A DNA stretch of 64,000 bases. It comes from Phycisphaerales bacterium (GTDB taxonomy: Bacteria > Planctomycetota > Phycisphaerae > Phycisphaerales > UBA1924). The first letter of the stretch is position 1; the number at the start of each line of letters is the position of its first letter. The notes beneath the pieces are model-generated. The model had not been told where the DNA came from and did not search any database. It saw only the letters and a program-made list of their open reading frames with translations. The stretch spans positions 544,001 to 608,000 of the forward strand of contig OZ245777.1 in assembly GCA_965227775.1 (NCBI GenBank). The letters are read 5' to 3'. Position numbers and translations under genes: made by a program. Shown here in pieces: positions 8,875 through 18,415 of this stretch.

Positions 8875-9541
8875 CGCTCCCGCCGGCCTTTGAAGCGCAG
8901 CCGCAGCCGGGCCCGCACCCGCCGGCGGGCATCGCCTGCGCCTCGGGCATGGGGCCTGCGAGCAGCTCGATCTTGGCATTGAGGAACCTCGCGTGGTGCT
9001 CCAGGTGCCAGGTGGCGAACGCCAGCATGTCGCGCACCGTCATGCTTCCCCGTTCGGGGTGCATGGCCGAGCGGTTCTGCACGTCCTCGTCCATGTCGAA
9101 GAGCCAGTCGAGCGCCCAGCGCCGCAGCGTGTGCACCACCGCGACCGAACCGGCCACGGGTGGCGCGGTGCTCACGCCGCTGCGGGTGCCACGGCCATAG
9201 AGCGGCCCGTCGAAGAACGCCTGCTCGTCGAACACGTTGAGCATGGGCGTCTGCTCAGCCACAGCCCGACGGATCCGGTGCAGGTACACGAGCTCGCAGT
9301 CCGCCAGATGCGTGACCAGGGCACGGATCGGCAACTGCCCAGCCCCCGAATCGGGCTTGAAGGGGGTGTCCAACTCGCCCTCAGGCAGGTGGAAGAGCCG
9401 AGGGTCGAACCACTCGACGCCGACGGCATACCGCCGGACGAGGTCGGGCCAGTCCATCGCCGTCAGCGCCTCGATCGGCGCGACATCGAGGCGGGTGCTG
9501 AGCGGGCCGCAGGCTTGGGTGTTGGTCGGGGCTTGCGTCAT
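8861..9541 (-). CDS. DinB-family protein with Cys-rich C-terminal tail
   Basis: IRALVTHLADCE...HPERGSMTVRDML...WHLEHHARFL DinB pattern; tail GGCGPGCGC. Confidence 0.8.
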   Translation of the reverse strand: MTQAPTNTQACGPLSTRLDVAPIEALTAMDWPDLVRRYAVGVEWFDPRLFHLPEGELDTPFKPDSGAGQLPIRALVTHLADCELVYLHRIRRAVAEQTPMLNVFDEQAFFDGPLYGRGTRSGVSTAPPVAGSVAVVHTLRRWALDWLFDMDEDVQNRSAMHPERGSMTVRDMLAFATWHLEHHARFLNAKIELLAGPMPEAQAMPAGGCGPGCGCASKAGGSDAER

Positions 9542-9580
9542 GCCCGCATGGTACGGGCCCGCCGCCTCCCTAACCTCTGG

Positions 9581-10060
9581 ATGGTGACGAACCCTCCCCC
9601 GACGTCCAAACCGGCCGAGAGCCCGTGCAGCGAGGGCGACGACTGGGCCTGCAGCCTGCGCGTCATGACCATGCCGCGCGATACCAACCAGTACGGCACC
9701 GTCTTCGGCGGGGTCATCCTCAGCGCGATCGACCAGGCGGCCTTCGTCGAGGCCCGCCGCCATGGCGTGCACCGCTGGGTTACGGCCAGCGTCGATCGGG
9801 TCGAGTTCAGCCAGCCCGTGCACGTGGGAGACCTGGTCACCTGCCTCACGCGGACCACCCGCAAGGGCACCAGCAGCGTAACCGTGGAGGTGTGCGTGGA
9901 CGCCGAGCGGTACGAGGGCGGCGACACCGTCCGAGTAACGAAAGCCCAGCTCACGATGGTCGCCATCGGGCCCGATGGGCGTCCCGTCCCGATGAGCAAC
10001 CCCGCGACCGCCCACCTGCCGCTGGTCGCCGCCTCAACCGATCGGCCGCCCGAGCCGTAG
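9581..10060 (+). CDS. Acyl-CoA thioesterase (hotdog fold, YciA-like)
   Basis: MPRDTNQYGTVFGGVILSAIDQAA and VTASVDRVEFSQPVHVGD motifs. Confidence 0.9.
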   Translation: MVTNPPPTSKPAESPCSEGDDWACSLRVMTMPRDTNQYGTVFGGVILSAIDQAAFVEARRHGVHRWVTASVDRVEFSQPVHVGDLVTCLTRTTRKGTSSVTVEVCVDAERYEGGDTVRVTKAQLTMVAIGPDGRPVPMSNPATAHLPLVAASTDRPPEP

Positions 10061-10081
10061 AAGCTTGCAGGAGTGACGCCC

Positions 10082-10681
10082 ATGGGCGACCAACCCGAGC
10101 CACCCCGGCTGCTCGCGCTGCTGAGCGGCGGCGGCCGGACTCTCATAAACCTGCTCGACGAGATCGAGGCGGGACGGCTGCGCGCTCGCATCGCGGGGGT
10201 TGTCGCGTCCAGGCCGTGCCCGGGCGTCGAGCGCGCCGAGGGCCGCGGCGTCCCAGCTCGCGTTCTTCGCGGCGTCATCCCCGCCGCCGACCTCGAGGCG
10301 CTCGCTCGCGAGCACGACGCGTCGTGGGTCGTTCTCTGCGGCTATCTGCAACGCATCGAGATACCCGACTTTCTCGAAGGCCGCGTTGTGAACATCCACC
10401 CCGCCCTGCTGCCGAAGTTCGGCGGGCCGGGCATGTACGGCGACCACGTGCACCGGGCCGTGCTGGAAGCGGGCGACGACGAGAGCGGCTGCACCGTGCA
10501 CTTATGCGACGCCGAATACGACAGCGGTCCCATCGTGCTGCAGAAGCGGTGCCCGGTGCTGCCCGGCGACACGGTCGACACGCTCGCCGCCCGAGTATTC
10601 GAGGTCGAGTGCAAGGCATACCCCGAGGCGCTCGCGATGCTGCTGGCGCGAGACGAAGCCACGAAGGAAGCGACGCGATGA
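10082..10681 (+). CDS. purN: Phosphoribosylglycinamide formyltransferase
   Basis: LLSGGGRTL, VNIHPALLPKFGGPGMYG and SGCTVH...YDSGPIVLQ motifs. Confidence 0.93.
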   Translation: MGDQPEPPRLLALLSGGGRTLINLLDEIEAGRLRARIAGVVASRPCPGVERAEGRGVPARVLRGVIPAADLEALAREHDASWVVLCGYLQRIEIPDFLEGRVVNIHPALLPKFGGPGMYGDHVHRAVLEAGDDESGCTVHLCDAEYDSGPIVLQKRCPVLPGDTVDTLAARVFEVECKAYPEALAMLLARDEATKEATR

Positions 10682-12177
10682 AGAATCTGCTGCCGCTGTG
10701 CATCCTGTTGATCGCCTGCCTTGCCGCGATCGCGCAAGACACACCAGTCGTTCCGATGTCCGATGCGCAGCTCGAGACCGAGGCGTACGCCCTCGCGACC
10801 GAGGGTGACTATGCCGGCGCGCTGCCGTTGTTCCGTGAGATGGCGCGCCGCGATCCCGAGTCGTTCGTGCCGCCGTACAACATCGCGAGCTCGCTCGCCC
10901 AACTCGATCGCGTTGAGGAGTCGCTCGACGCCCTCGACCGAGCGCTCGAGCTGGGTTTCGATGACCTCGCCCATCTGCAACACGACCCCGATCTCGAGCC
11001 CATCCGCGACACGAAGCGCTTCGACGCGATCGTCGAGGCCTGGCCCGAGCGGATGGAAGCGCTCGCCCAGGCGCGTTTCGATGCGCTCGTCAAGCGCTTT
11101 GGTGGCAACTACGCGACCGAGGAAGACGCGTTCCTACGCCTGCGTTTCGCCGTAGGGCTGCCGCAGCAGAGCTTCGCGATGGCGCGAGACGAGCTCGACC
11201 TCGTGAGCCGCTGGGCCGTCGCGCACCTATTTGAGAACCTGACCGAGGCCGATGACGCCTCGGTGCCGTGGGTCAGCGTCGTGGTTCCGACCGACGGAGA
11301 CTTCGCGCGATGGGCCGCTCAGCGGCACGGCGCCGCGGCGCGCGGCGCGACGCGACAGATCGCCGGCACCTACGACCACGACCGAAAGGAACTCGTCTGT
11401 AAGGACCTGGGCGCCACGCTGCGGCACGAGGTGTTCCACGCGTTGCACTACCGCAGCCAGAGCCTGATCGGCCAGCGGCACGCGTCGTGGATTATGGAAG
11501 GCATGGCGTCGCTCGTCGAAGACGTCGACATGAACTCCGATGGCACGCCGGCGTTCGCGCCCTCCTGGCGGAGCAACCTCGTTCGCAAGGCCCACCGCGG
11601 CAATGGGCTGAAGACGCTCGAACAGCTCGCCCAGACTCCCGATCACCTTTTTGTCGGCACATCTCAGCTGCTGCACTACGGGCACGCGCGCACCGTCATG
11701 CTGTACCTCGTGGCCGATGGCAAGCTCGAGGCGTTCTACGACAACTACGTCGACACGTGGGATCGCGATCGCACGGGCATCCAGGCGCTCGAACGCACGT
11801 TCGATGCCGAGATCGATCAGATCGAGCTGAGCTTCCGTCGCTGGATCGAGCGCCTGCCCGTCGCGCCCGAGCAGCACCACCCACCAACGGCGACGCTTGG
11901 AATCGACGTCGACGGCGAGCGCGGCGAGGGGCTTGCCGTTCTGCGCATCGCTCGCAACTCCCCCGGTCGCAAGGCGGGCCTGCGACCCCGCGACGTGCTG
12001 GTGGCCGTCAACGGCCAGGGCACGCGAGACATCAACGAGCTGTATCGCGTGGTCGGGCGCTACCTGCCGGGCGACACCGTGATCCTGAGCGTGCGCCGTG
12101 GGCGACGCATGCTGGAGCTTCCCGCCCAGCTCGCCAGCCGCCGCGAGTTCGACACGGTGCGCATCCCGGGCGGCTGA
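10678..12177 (+). CDS. Secreted protein with TPR, HExxH zincin-like peptidase and PDZ domains
   Basis: Signal peptide; TPR-like YNIASSLAQL...DPDL; LRHEVFHALH...WIMEGMA; C-terminal PDZ (SPGRKAGLRPRDVLVAVNG). ATGA overlap with the purN stop. Confidence 0.75.
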   Translation: MKNLLPLCILLIACLAAIAQDTPVVPMSDAQLETEAYALATEGDYAGALPLFREMARRDPESFVPPYNIASSLAQLDRVEESLDALDRALELGFDDLAHLQHDPDLEPIRDTKRFDAIVEAWPERMEALAQARFDALVKRFGGNYATEEDAFLRLRFAVGLPQQSFAMARDELDLVSRWAVAHLFENLTEADDASVPWVSVVVPTDGDFARWAAQRHGAAARGATRQIAGTYDHDRKELVCKDLGATLRHEVFHALHYRSQSLIGQRHASWIMEGMASLVEDVDMNSDGTPAFAPSWRSNLVRKAHRGNGLKTLEQLAQTPDHLFVGTSQLLHYGHARTVMLYLVADGKLEAFYDNYVDTWDRDRTGIQALERTFDAEIDQIELSFRRWIERLPVAPEQHHPPTATLGIDVDGERGEGLAVLRIARNSPGRKAGLRPRDVLVAVNGQGTRDINELYRVVGRYLPGDTVILSVRRGRRMLELPAQLASRREFDTVRIPGG

Positions 12178-12669
12178 CTACTGCCTGGGATCGGCCGGAG
12201 CCGGCGTCGGCTCGGGCTCGGGTTGCGGCTCGCTGGCAGCCGGCTCTTCGGGCTGTTGTTGTGCGGGCGACTCTTGGGCGGGCGACTGGCCGCCTTCGCG
12301 CGTGGCCCTCTCTTCTGCGGTTTCGACCACGGCGTCCTCATCGTCGCCGCTGACCTTGAGGAATGGGATGGTGCTATCAATGCTGTTCAGCGTCTTGCGC
12401 AGCGAGGCAAGGTGCGCGTCGATGCTCGACAGCGAGGCGTTGGTCGTCTCGAGAGCCGTGAGCTTCATGTCGAGGTCGGCCAGCACCGTGTTGGTGCGTT
12501 CGAGCTTCTGGAGGCCGCTGTTGACGCTGTCGAGCTTGATCTTGACGTCTTCCATCGACGCGTTGACGAGCCTGAGCTCGTCTCGAATCTCGAACGCCAA
12601 GCAGCCCGGAAGGCTTGCCAGGATGGGCAGGCAGAACAGCACGGCAGCAGCGCGCGAGCGGATGGTCAT
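12178..12669 (-). CDS. Hypothetical coiled-coil lipoprotein with P/E/Q-rich tail
   Basis: Lipobox-like LPGC followed by a heptad-patterned helix. Confidence 0.6.
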   Translation of the reverse strand: MTIRSRAAAVLFCLPILASLPGCLAFEIRDELRLVNASMEDVKIKLDSVNSGLQKLERTNTVLADLDMKLTALETTNASLSSIDAHLASLRKTLNSIDSTIPFLKVSGDDEDAVVETAEERATREGGQSPAQESPAQQQPEEPAASEPQPEPEPTPAPADPRQ

Positions 12670-12713
12670 TGGGAGCGGTCCTCTCGTTCTCTCGTCGGAT
12701 TTATTTGGTTCGA

Positions 12714-12965
12714 TCAGTCTTCGTCGGCGTCGGGTGACTTCTCTGCGTCGAATTCTTCGAGCAGCATCCGGGCCTTGGCTTCGTCGGTAGCGGAAACCAG
12801 CAGCCGAACGTAACCCGGGCTCTCGGCCTTGAAGCCCGAACTGGCACCACCCACCATCTCGCAGCGGATGCCCGCCTCGCGCAGAGCGTTCATCGCGAAG
12901 CTGGCCTGGATCTCGGTTGGGTACTGGCCGATGATCACCGGCTCGGGATGGTTTGGATCGCTCAT
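12714..12965 (-). CDS. DUF2007-like (putative signal-transducing) small protein
   Basis: YPTEIQASFAMNALREAGIRC...VRLLVSATDEAKARMLL pattern. Confidence 0.7.
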   Translation of the reverse strand: MSDPNHPEPVIIGQYPTEIQASFAMNALREAGIRCEMVGGASSGFKAESPGYVRLLVSATDEAKARMLLEEFDAEKSPDADED

Positions 12966-12981
12966 CGGTGCTCCGGGTATC

Positions 12982-13641
12982 TCACTTGCGCATGAAGCCA
13001 AGGCCAAGCCCCGCGAGCGCGGCACCAGCCGACGGAACGTAGCCCGTCACGAACGCCTGGAAGCCGCCTAGCTGTGCCTTCAGCCACGCTTGGAGTGTGT
13101 CGTACTGGTCGGCCATGGCCGTCCACTTCACCTCTACCAGCCCGGCGTACTGCAGGCCAAAGAGCAGCAGGAAGAAGATGCCCGCCGACACGATCGTGAC
13201 CTTGGCGAACGCCTTGAGCGCGTACGCGATTGAGAAGCCCACAAAAAAGCCAAAGCCCATGCGGAAGATCGCCGGGCTCCATGGGTCAGTAACCTCGGCT
13301 TCCGCGGCCTCGACGGGTGCGCCCTCGGCGGGCTCCCCCTCGCCTTCGGTCGGCGTGCTGCCGGGCAATCCTGGCACCGGGAAGGGGAACGAGACGTCGC
13401 CGCCCTGGCCCACGAAGCCGCTGGCCATGTCGTCGGTGGCTGCTTCCTGATCTCCGACCGCGGCGGCCTGCTGCTGCTGGATGGTCTCGACCGCGGCCTC
13501 GTCCTCGAGCGTGCCCATCACGCCCAGCGCCACACCGGCGACCATCACGAGCCCGCTTAGCAGGAGCAGGATCATCTGCAAGGGGCCGGGACGCGTGTGG
13601 TGGGTCTGCTCGACGCCGTCTGTGGGGGTGTCTTCGCTCAC
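12982..13641 (-). CDS. FUN14-domain membrane protein
   Basis: C-terminal GFFVGFSIAYALKAFAKV...LQYAGLVEVKWTAM...GLGLGF resembles FUN14; N-terminal TM plus acidic linker. GTG start at 13641 is a best guess. Confidence 0.7.
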   Translation of the reverse strand: MSEDTPTDGVEQTHHTRPGPLQMILLLLSGLVMVAGVALGVMGTLEDEAAVETIQQQQAAAVGDQEAATDDMASGFVGQGGDVSFPFPVPGLPGSTPTEGEGEPAEGAPVEAAEAEVTDPWSPAIFRMGFGFFVGFSIAYALKAFAKVTIVSAGIFFLLLFGLQYAGLVEVKWTAMADQYDTLQAWLKAQLGGFQAFVTGYVPSAGAALAGLGLGFMRK

Positions 13642-13663
13642 GAGGAGAGGATACCCACCGGCC

Positions 13664-14488
13664 TCAGGCGCGAGCGACACGCCCTAACACGCTCAAGACC
13701 GCGTCCTTCAGGTAGGCGTTGGTGGCGATTGCGTCGCCTCCGTCGAGCCGGGGCACGCCCTCCCAATCGACCAGATGGCCGCCGAGTTCGCCCAGGATGC
13801 ACGCCATCGGCGCGATGTCCCAGGGCTTGATCGTCGGCTCGACCACCACATCGCAGCGACCAGTTGCGAGCAGCACGTGTGCGTAGCAATCGCTCCAGCC
13901 GCGCGTACGTTTGCAGGCCTTGGCCAACCTCGTGTACACGTCCTCGCCGGTCTGCGGATCGAAGTACTCGAGCGCCGTGGTCACGAGCAATGCGTCGGCG
14001 ATGTCGCCGGTCTCTGTGAGAGACGCGGGGCGCGCGTCCTGCGCAGCGCCGGGGATCCACCACGCGCCACCGTTGCGCGCGGCGTACACGGTCTCGGCGA
14101 GCGCAGGCATGTGCACGACACCGACGACCGGATCGTCGCCCTTGTACACGCCGACGAGTGTGCCATACAGCGGCACACCCTGCACGAAGCTGACCGTGCC
14201 GTCGATGGGGTCGAGGATCCAGCGATAGCCCGACTCGCCACTCGCCTCGCCGTACTCCTCACCGAGAATCGCGTCGTCGGGGAACGACTCGCCGATGGCC
14301 TCGCGCAGCACGCGCTCGGCGCCCTTGTCGGCCTCGGTCACCGGGCTGCCATCGCCCTTCGTGACCGTGCCCAGTTGATCGCCCTGGAAGAACTGGAGCG
14401 TGACCCCCCCCGCCGCGCGCGCAGCCTCGAGCGCAAGCTCGAGGCGCTGCATCACTTCCCGATCAACCCTGTCAAGCGGTTCCGACAC
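13664..14488 (-). CDS. hisN: Histidinol-phosphatase, inositol monophosphatase family
   Basis: KGDGSPVTEADKGAE, ILGEEYG, WILDPIDGT, RGWSDCYAH and KPWDIA motifs. Confidence 0.8.
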   Translation of the reverse strand: MSEPLDRVDREVMQRLELALEAARAAGGVTLQFFQGDQLGTVTKGDGSPVTEADKGAERVLREAIGESFPDDAILGEEYGEASGESGYRWILDPIDGTVSFVQGVPLYGTLVGVYKGDDPVVGVVHMPALAETVYAARNGGAWWIPGAAQDARPASLTETGDIADALLVTTALEYFDPQTGEDVYTRLAKACKRTRGWSDCYAHVLLATGRCDVVVEPTIKPWDIAPMACILGELGGHLVDWEGVPRLDGGDAIATNAYLKDAVLSVLGRVARA

Positions 14489-14491
14489 GAC

Positions 14492-15694
14492 TCAGGCGAC
14501 CGCTGCGGCGACCTTCTTGGCCGCGTCGCCCAGGTCCTTGGCGGCCTGCAGCGTCGTGAGCTTGCCGCTGGCCTCTTCGAGGATCTTGCGGCCCGCGTCG
14601 ACGTTCGTGCCCTCGAGGCGAACGACCAGGGGCACCTCGAAGCCGATCTCGGTCGCCGCGTTCACGATGCCCTGGGCGATGACGGCACAGTCCATGATGC
14701 CGCCGAAGATGTTGACCAGCACGCCCTTCACGGCCTTGTCGTCCAGGATGATCCGGAACGCCTCGGTCACGGCCTCCTCGGACGCGCTGCCGCCGACATC
14801 CAGGAAGTTCGCCGGCGTGCCGCCCTCCAAGGCGATCGTGTCCATCGTCGCCATCGCCAGACCCGCGCCGTTCACCAGACAGCCGATGTTGCCGTCCAGC
14901 GCGATGTAGCTCAGGCCTGCCTCTTGCGCGCGCAGCTCGCTGGCGTTCTCTTCGCTCGGGTCGAACATGCCCTGCAGGTCCTTGTGCCTGAACAGCGCGT
15001 TGTCATCGAAGTTGAACTTGGCGTCGATGGCCAGCAACTCGCCGTCGGGGTGGGCCTCGCTGGGCGGGGTGACGATGAGCGGATTGATCTCGGCGATCGT
15101 GCAGTCCTTCGCGAGGAAGGTCTTCGACAGCGCCATCATCGTCTTGACGGCCTGGCCCACCAGCTTGCCCTTGAATCCAAGCGCGAACGCGACTTTGCGT
15201 GCCTGATAGGGCTGCAACCCCAGCAGGGGGTGCAGCCGCTCCCTGACGATGGCGTCGGGATTCTCCTCGGCGACCTTCTCGATCTCGACGCCACCCTCGC
15301 TGCTGGCGATCAGCACGTGCTGCCGCGTCTTGCGATCGGTGGTAATGGCCATGTAGTACTCGTGAGCGATGTCCACGCCCGCGGCCATCAGCAGCTTGGT
15401 GACCTCCAGCCCTTCGGGACCGGTCTGCACGCTGACCATCTTGTTGCTCAGCATGAACTCGGCCGCCTCGGTGGCTTCCTTCGCGGTCTTGACGAGCTTG
15501 ACGAAGCCCGCCTTGCCGCGCCCGCCAGCGTGCACCTGGGCCTTCACGACGGCGAGCTTCTGGTCGCCCATGTCCTTGGTGACGTCGTCGAACACGGCCG
15601 CGGCCCGGCTTGCGTCCTCGATCACGACAGCCGGCGGCACGGGCACGCCCGCCTGGCTGAGGATGTCGCGGGCCTGGTACTCGTGGATCTTCAT
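14492..15694 (-). CDS. sucC: Succinyl-CoA ligase beta subunit
   Basis: [46 protein letters not shown] and NIFGGI motifs. Confidence 0.97.
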   Translation of the reverse strand: MKIHEYQARDILSQAGVPVPPAVVIEDASRAAAVFDDVTKDMGDQKLAVVKAQVHAGGRGKAGFVKLVKTAKEATEAAEFMLSNKMVSVQTGPEGLEVTKLLMAAGVDIAHEYYMAITTDRKTRQHVLIASSEGGVEIEKVAEENPDAIVRERLHPLLGLQPYQARKVAFALGFKGKLVGQAVKTMMALSKTFLAKDCTIAEINPLIVTPPSEAHPDGELLAIDAKFNFDDNALFRHKDLQGMFDPSEENASELRAQEAGLSYIALDGNIGCLVNGAGLAMATMDTIALEGGTPANFLDVGGSASEEAVTEAFRIILDDKAVKGVLVNIFGGIMDCAVIAQGIVNAATEIGFEVPLVVRLEGTNVDAGRKILEEASGKLTTLQAAKDLGDAAKKVAAAVA

Positions 15695-15815
15695 GGACGG
15701 GGCCTCCGTGCCGGGGTGTGCGCATGGCGTCGGCGGGTTTGTTGGTGCTGAGCGCAGGATAGGCGGCGGCCGTGGACATCCCGCGTGGCACTCGGCTCGC
15801 GACAGGGCCCTCGGG

Positions 15816-16412
15816 TCAGGATCCGTCCGGAACGCTGACCCCGAGGTGGCTCAGCAGGTGGTAGTACGCGATGACGGTGAGCACGCCCAGGCCGAGCACG
15901 ACCAGCGTGCGGTGCTTGAAGCCGTGGCGGTGGTGCTTCTCGCGGTTGGCGTGCGAGGTCACGTCCATCATCTCGTCGCCGAACCAGATGGACAGCGCCG
16001 TGCCCAGGGCCGAGATCAGCAGGATGCTCCAGTACGGCCACGGCGTCGTGAGGATGGAGTACAGCAGCCGCGTGATCGGGGCGTCCTGGTAGCTGTCGGG
16101 CGCCACGCCCACGGCCACGATGTTGATCGCCACCGCGAGCACGAAGACGACCGCCTGCGTCACGACCATGCGGACCTTAAAGAGCAAGCGGACCGGGAAC
16201 GCCACGAGGAAGCCCCCGTCGGCGATGGGCGTGCACAGCACGAAGAAGCTCCAGCTCAGCACCGCGAGCCACGCGCCCGTGGCGGCGTCGTACTTCCAGC
16301 TCATGTAGCCGAAGTACGCCACCAGGATCAGGATGAGCGCCGCGAAGCGGAGCAGGCTCTCGCGGTGCGTCTGATGGGCCTTGTGGTCGAACTTCGTTGC
16401 TCTGGTAGACAT
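15816..16412 (-). CDS. Hypothetical integral membrane protein
   Basis: About five hydrophobic segments and a [17 protein letters not shown] segment; strong GC3 bias. Confidence 0.7.
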   Translation of the reverse strand: MSTRATKFDHKAHQTHRESLLRFAALILILVAYFGYMSWKYDAATGAWLAVLSWSFFVLCTPIADGGFLVAFPVRLLFKVRMVVTQAVVFVLAVAINIVAVGVAPDSYQDAPITRLLYSILTTPWPYWSILLISALGTALSIWFGDEMMDVTSHANREKHHRHGFKHRTLVVLGLGVLTVIAYYHLLSHLGVSVPDGS

Positions 16413-16440
16413 GAGATCACGCTCGGCAACCGCGGGTTGG

Positions 16441-17082
16441 TCACGATAGGGCCGACGCGCAAACCGAGGGGCTGCCGCGAGCGCCCCACCACCGCCACGC
16501 CACTCGCGCCCCCAGCACGACCGCGCCGTACACCAGCGCATTACCCAGCAGACCCGGCCACAGCGGCAAGTAGGGCACGAGGTACGGCCGCCCGAGCAGC
16601 CCGATGACGCGCTGGCCGCGCGACTCGGTCAGGTGCTGCGGGCCCAGCACCTGCGCGCTCTGGCCGTACGCCGCGCGCCACGGCCAGCCGACCTGGGACT
16701 CCGAGCGGGTGCGCCGCCGCCCGTCGAGCGCCGTGCGGAGGCGCGGCGGGCGCACGTCCTCGGTCGCGTCGCGCGCCTCGGCCGACCAGGCGAGGCGGAG
16801 GGTCGTCGCGTCCTCGGCCAGCGGCTCGCTGGTCGTGAACCAGACGGTCGCGACGAGCAGTTCGGTCCGCCGCGTCAGGATGACGTGATCGACGGCTTGA
16901 CTTCCCGCGTGGTCTCCGGCGTGCCCCTCAACATGCAGCGCATCGTTCACGGGCACGCGCTCCCACGACGCCGGCACGTGCTCGGCAACGATCGCGAGCA
17001 CCGGCACGCCCAGCACCGCCAGTACGAGCCCGATCGCCAGGCTCTGCGGGACGAGTCTCGGTGTCATGGACCGGGCGTCCAT
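16441..17082 (-). CDS. Membrane protein of the GWP...PLWPG family, lacking the C-terminal Zn ribbon
   Basis: N-terminal TM, VGWPWRA and LPLWPGLLGNALVYG are shared with the ORFs at 19717, 53721 and 55190. Confidence 0.65.
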   Translation of the reverse strand: MDARSMTPRLVPQSLAIGLVLAVLGVPVLAIVAEHVPASWERVPVNDALHVEGHAGDHAGSQAVDHVILTRRTELLVATVWFTTSEPLAEDATTLRLAWSAEARDATEDVRPPRLRTALDGRRRTRSESQVGWPWRAAYGQSAQVLGPQHLTESRGQRVIGLLGRPYLVPYLPLWPGLLGNALVYGAVVLGARVAWRWWGARGSPSVCASALS

Positions 17083-17840
17083 GGCACGTCCTGACCGGGT
17101 CTGGTGCGATACTGGATGACAGGCTTGGCACGACCATTCTGTACGAACATGCTGAGTATGGTGCCATCATCCGCCTGGATATAGAACTCCCACCTGCCGT
17201 CATTCCTGTACAGACGACCATGGATGTTCTTTTCGTTATCAACGAGTTGGAGATCTCCGACCAACAGAGTTGGTATCTTCTCCTTGCCTTCCAACATGCG
17301 AGCTTGCCGCTTCAGGCCATCTAGTACATCACCGATTTTCTGCAGCTCAGGGTCTTGCTTGATTTGCTCAAGCATGACCTTTAGCCTCGTGATGTCAGCG
17401 TCTGAAGGCGTCGAATCCAATGCACGGTACATCCCTTCTATTCGACCACGGGCTTCAACCAGTACCAACTGCGTTTCTTCCAAGATGAGTTGAGACTTGC
17501 CGAGCTCCTTGTTGGCGCTTGCCACCTCTTCACTTACGCCGCCCAGTAGTTTGACAGCCGCGTCCTTAAACTGCTGGTAGTCTCTGGTTTCTACTTCGAT
17601 CTTTTTTTCCACCTTATCGACTGCGGTTCGCTCGATCGCCTTGTACAACAGCCCCGCGACTATCAACACTGTTGCAAATCCGGAGAGAAACCCCGCAACC
17701 ATCGACCAAAACTGCTTCCACCTTCTCTCAACAAGATCTGATTTCCGAGTCGCCTCAACCTGTGCCCATCTTTGATACACCTCCTGGGTGATGTGATCGA
17801 GGATCTGCTTGTCCGTCAGCGGCTCTTTCTCCTTCGCCAT
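17064..17840 (-). CDS. Hypothetical protein (TM plus coiled coil), A/T-richer than its neighbours
   Basis: 258-aa ORF with GGAGG before ATG 17840, one TM helix and a long charged helix. Confidence 0.65.
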   Translation of the reverse strand: MAKEKEPLTDKQILDHITQEVYQRWAQVEATRKSDLVERRWKQFWSMVAGFLSGFATVLIVAGLLYKAIERTAVDKVEKKIEVETRDYQQFKDAAVKLLGGVSEEVASANKELGKSQLILEETQLVLVEARGRIEGMYRALDSTPSDADITRLKVMLEQIKQDPELQKIGDVLDGLKRQARMLEGKEKIPTLLVGDLQLVDNEKNIHGRLYRNDGRWEFYIQADDGTILSMFVQNGRAKPVIQYRTRPGQDVPWTPGP

Positions 17841-18052
17841 CGCACGACCTCCTTCGCATCGTCCTTGTACACCCGAAGCGGCCCGACTCCCTGCGAGCCG
17901 CAGCGTTGGGTAGGCCGATGTGCCGCGCGGTTCCTCTTGTTCAGTCGCAGTTGCGTTTGTCGAGACCACCCAGAATGCGTGACCGGGCGATCAAGCGGCT
18001 CTCCCATCCGCCCCAGTGTTCACCAAAACCCCCCAAAACAGGGGGCTGGCCG

Positions 18053-18115
18053 CTCGAAACCGAATTTGCCCCGTCCGAGGCCGAATCTTGACCGAGCCAA
18101 ACTCCGCTTGGACCG
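18053..18115. repeat. Three degenerate 21-bp tandem units
   Basis: ctcgaaaccgaatttgccccg / tccgaggccgaatcttgaccg / agccaaactccgcttggaccg. Confidence 0.4.
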
Positions 18116-18415
18116 CGCTGAATGGGGGTCGTTGTTCGGTGCAGTCGTGCGCGTGCACCGCATGGGACGCCCCACGCGGCATCTGGCGCGCCTCGGTTCC
18201 TAACAAGAAGCCCCGCTCCGGCGCATCCGTGGGCACGGAAACTTTTTTCGCGATTTCGCACAACTCGGACTCAAGCCGGTTCCCGGACCGCTCGATACCT
18301 CCCGTGCAGCGGGACGCGACGCGAGGCCACGGTGGCCGGCGGGCGGGCCCGGGCGACGCGCTCCGATGGATTGGACACGCGTCCAGAGCAGCCTCAGACA
18401 GGAACGGACCCCGCC

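Noticed and set aside
9625..10677. 850-aa ORF 9625-12177 as one protein
   Set aside because: The first ~350 aa are Arg/Pro-rich off-frame translation over the thioesterase and purN genes. The real protein begins at the signal peptide at 10678.
13775..15751. Long antisense ORFs (also 23439-25208, 29316-31484, 41161-42927, 57457-58806)
   Set aside because: These are shadow frames opposite well-conserved genes, expected at high GC3, with no motifs of their own.
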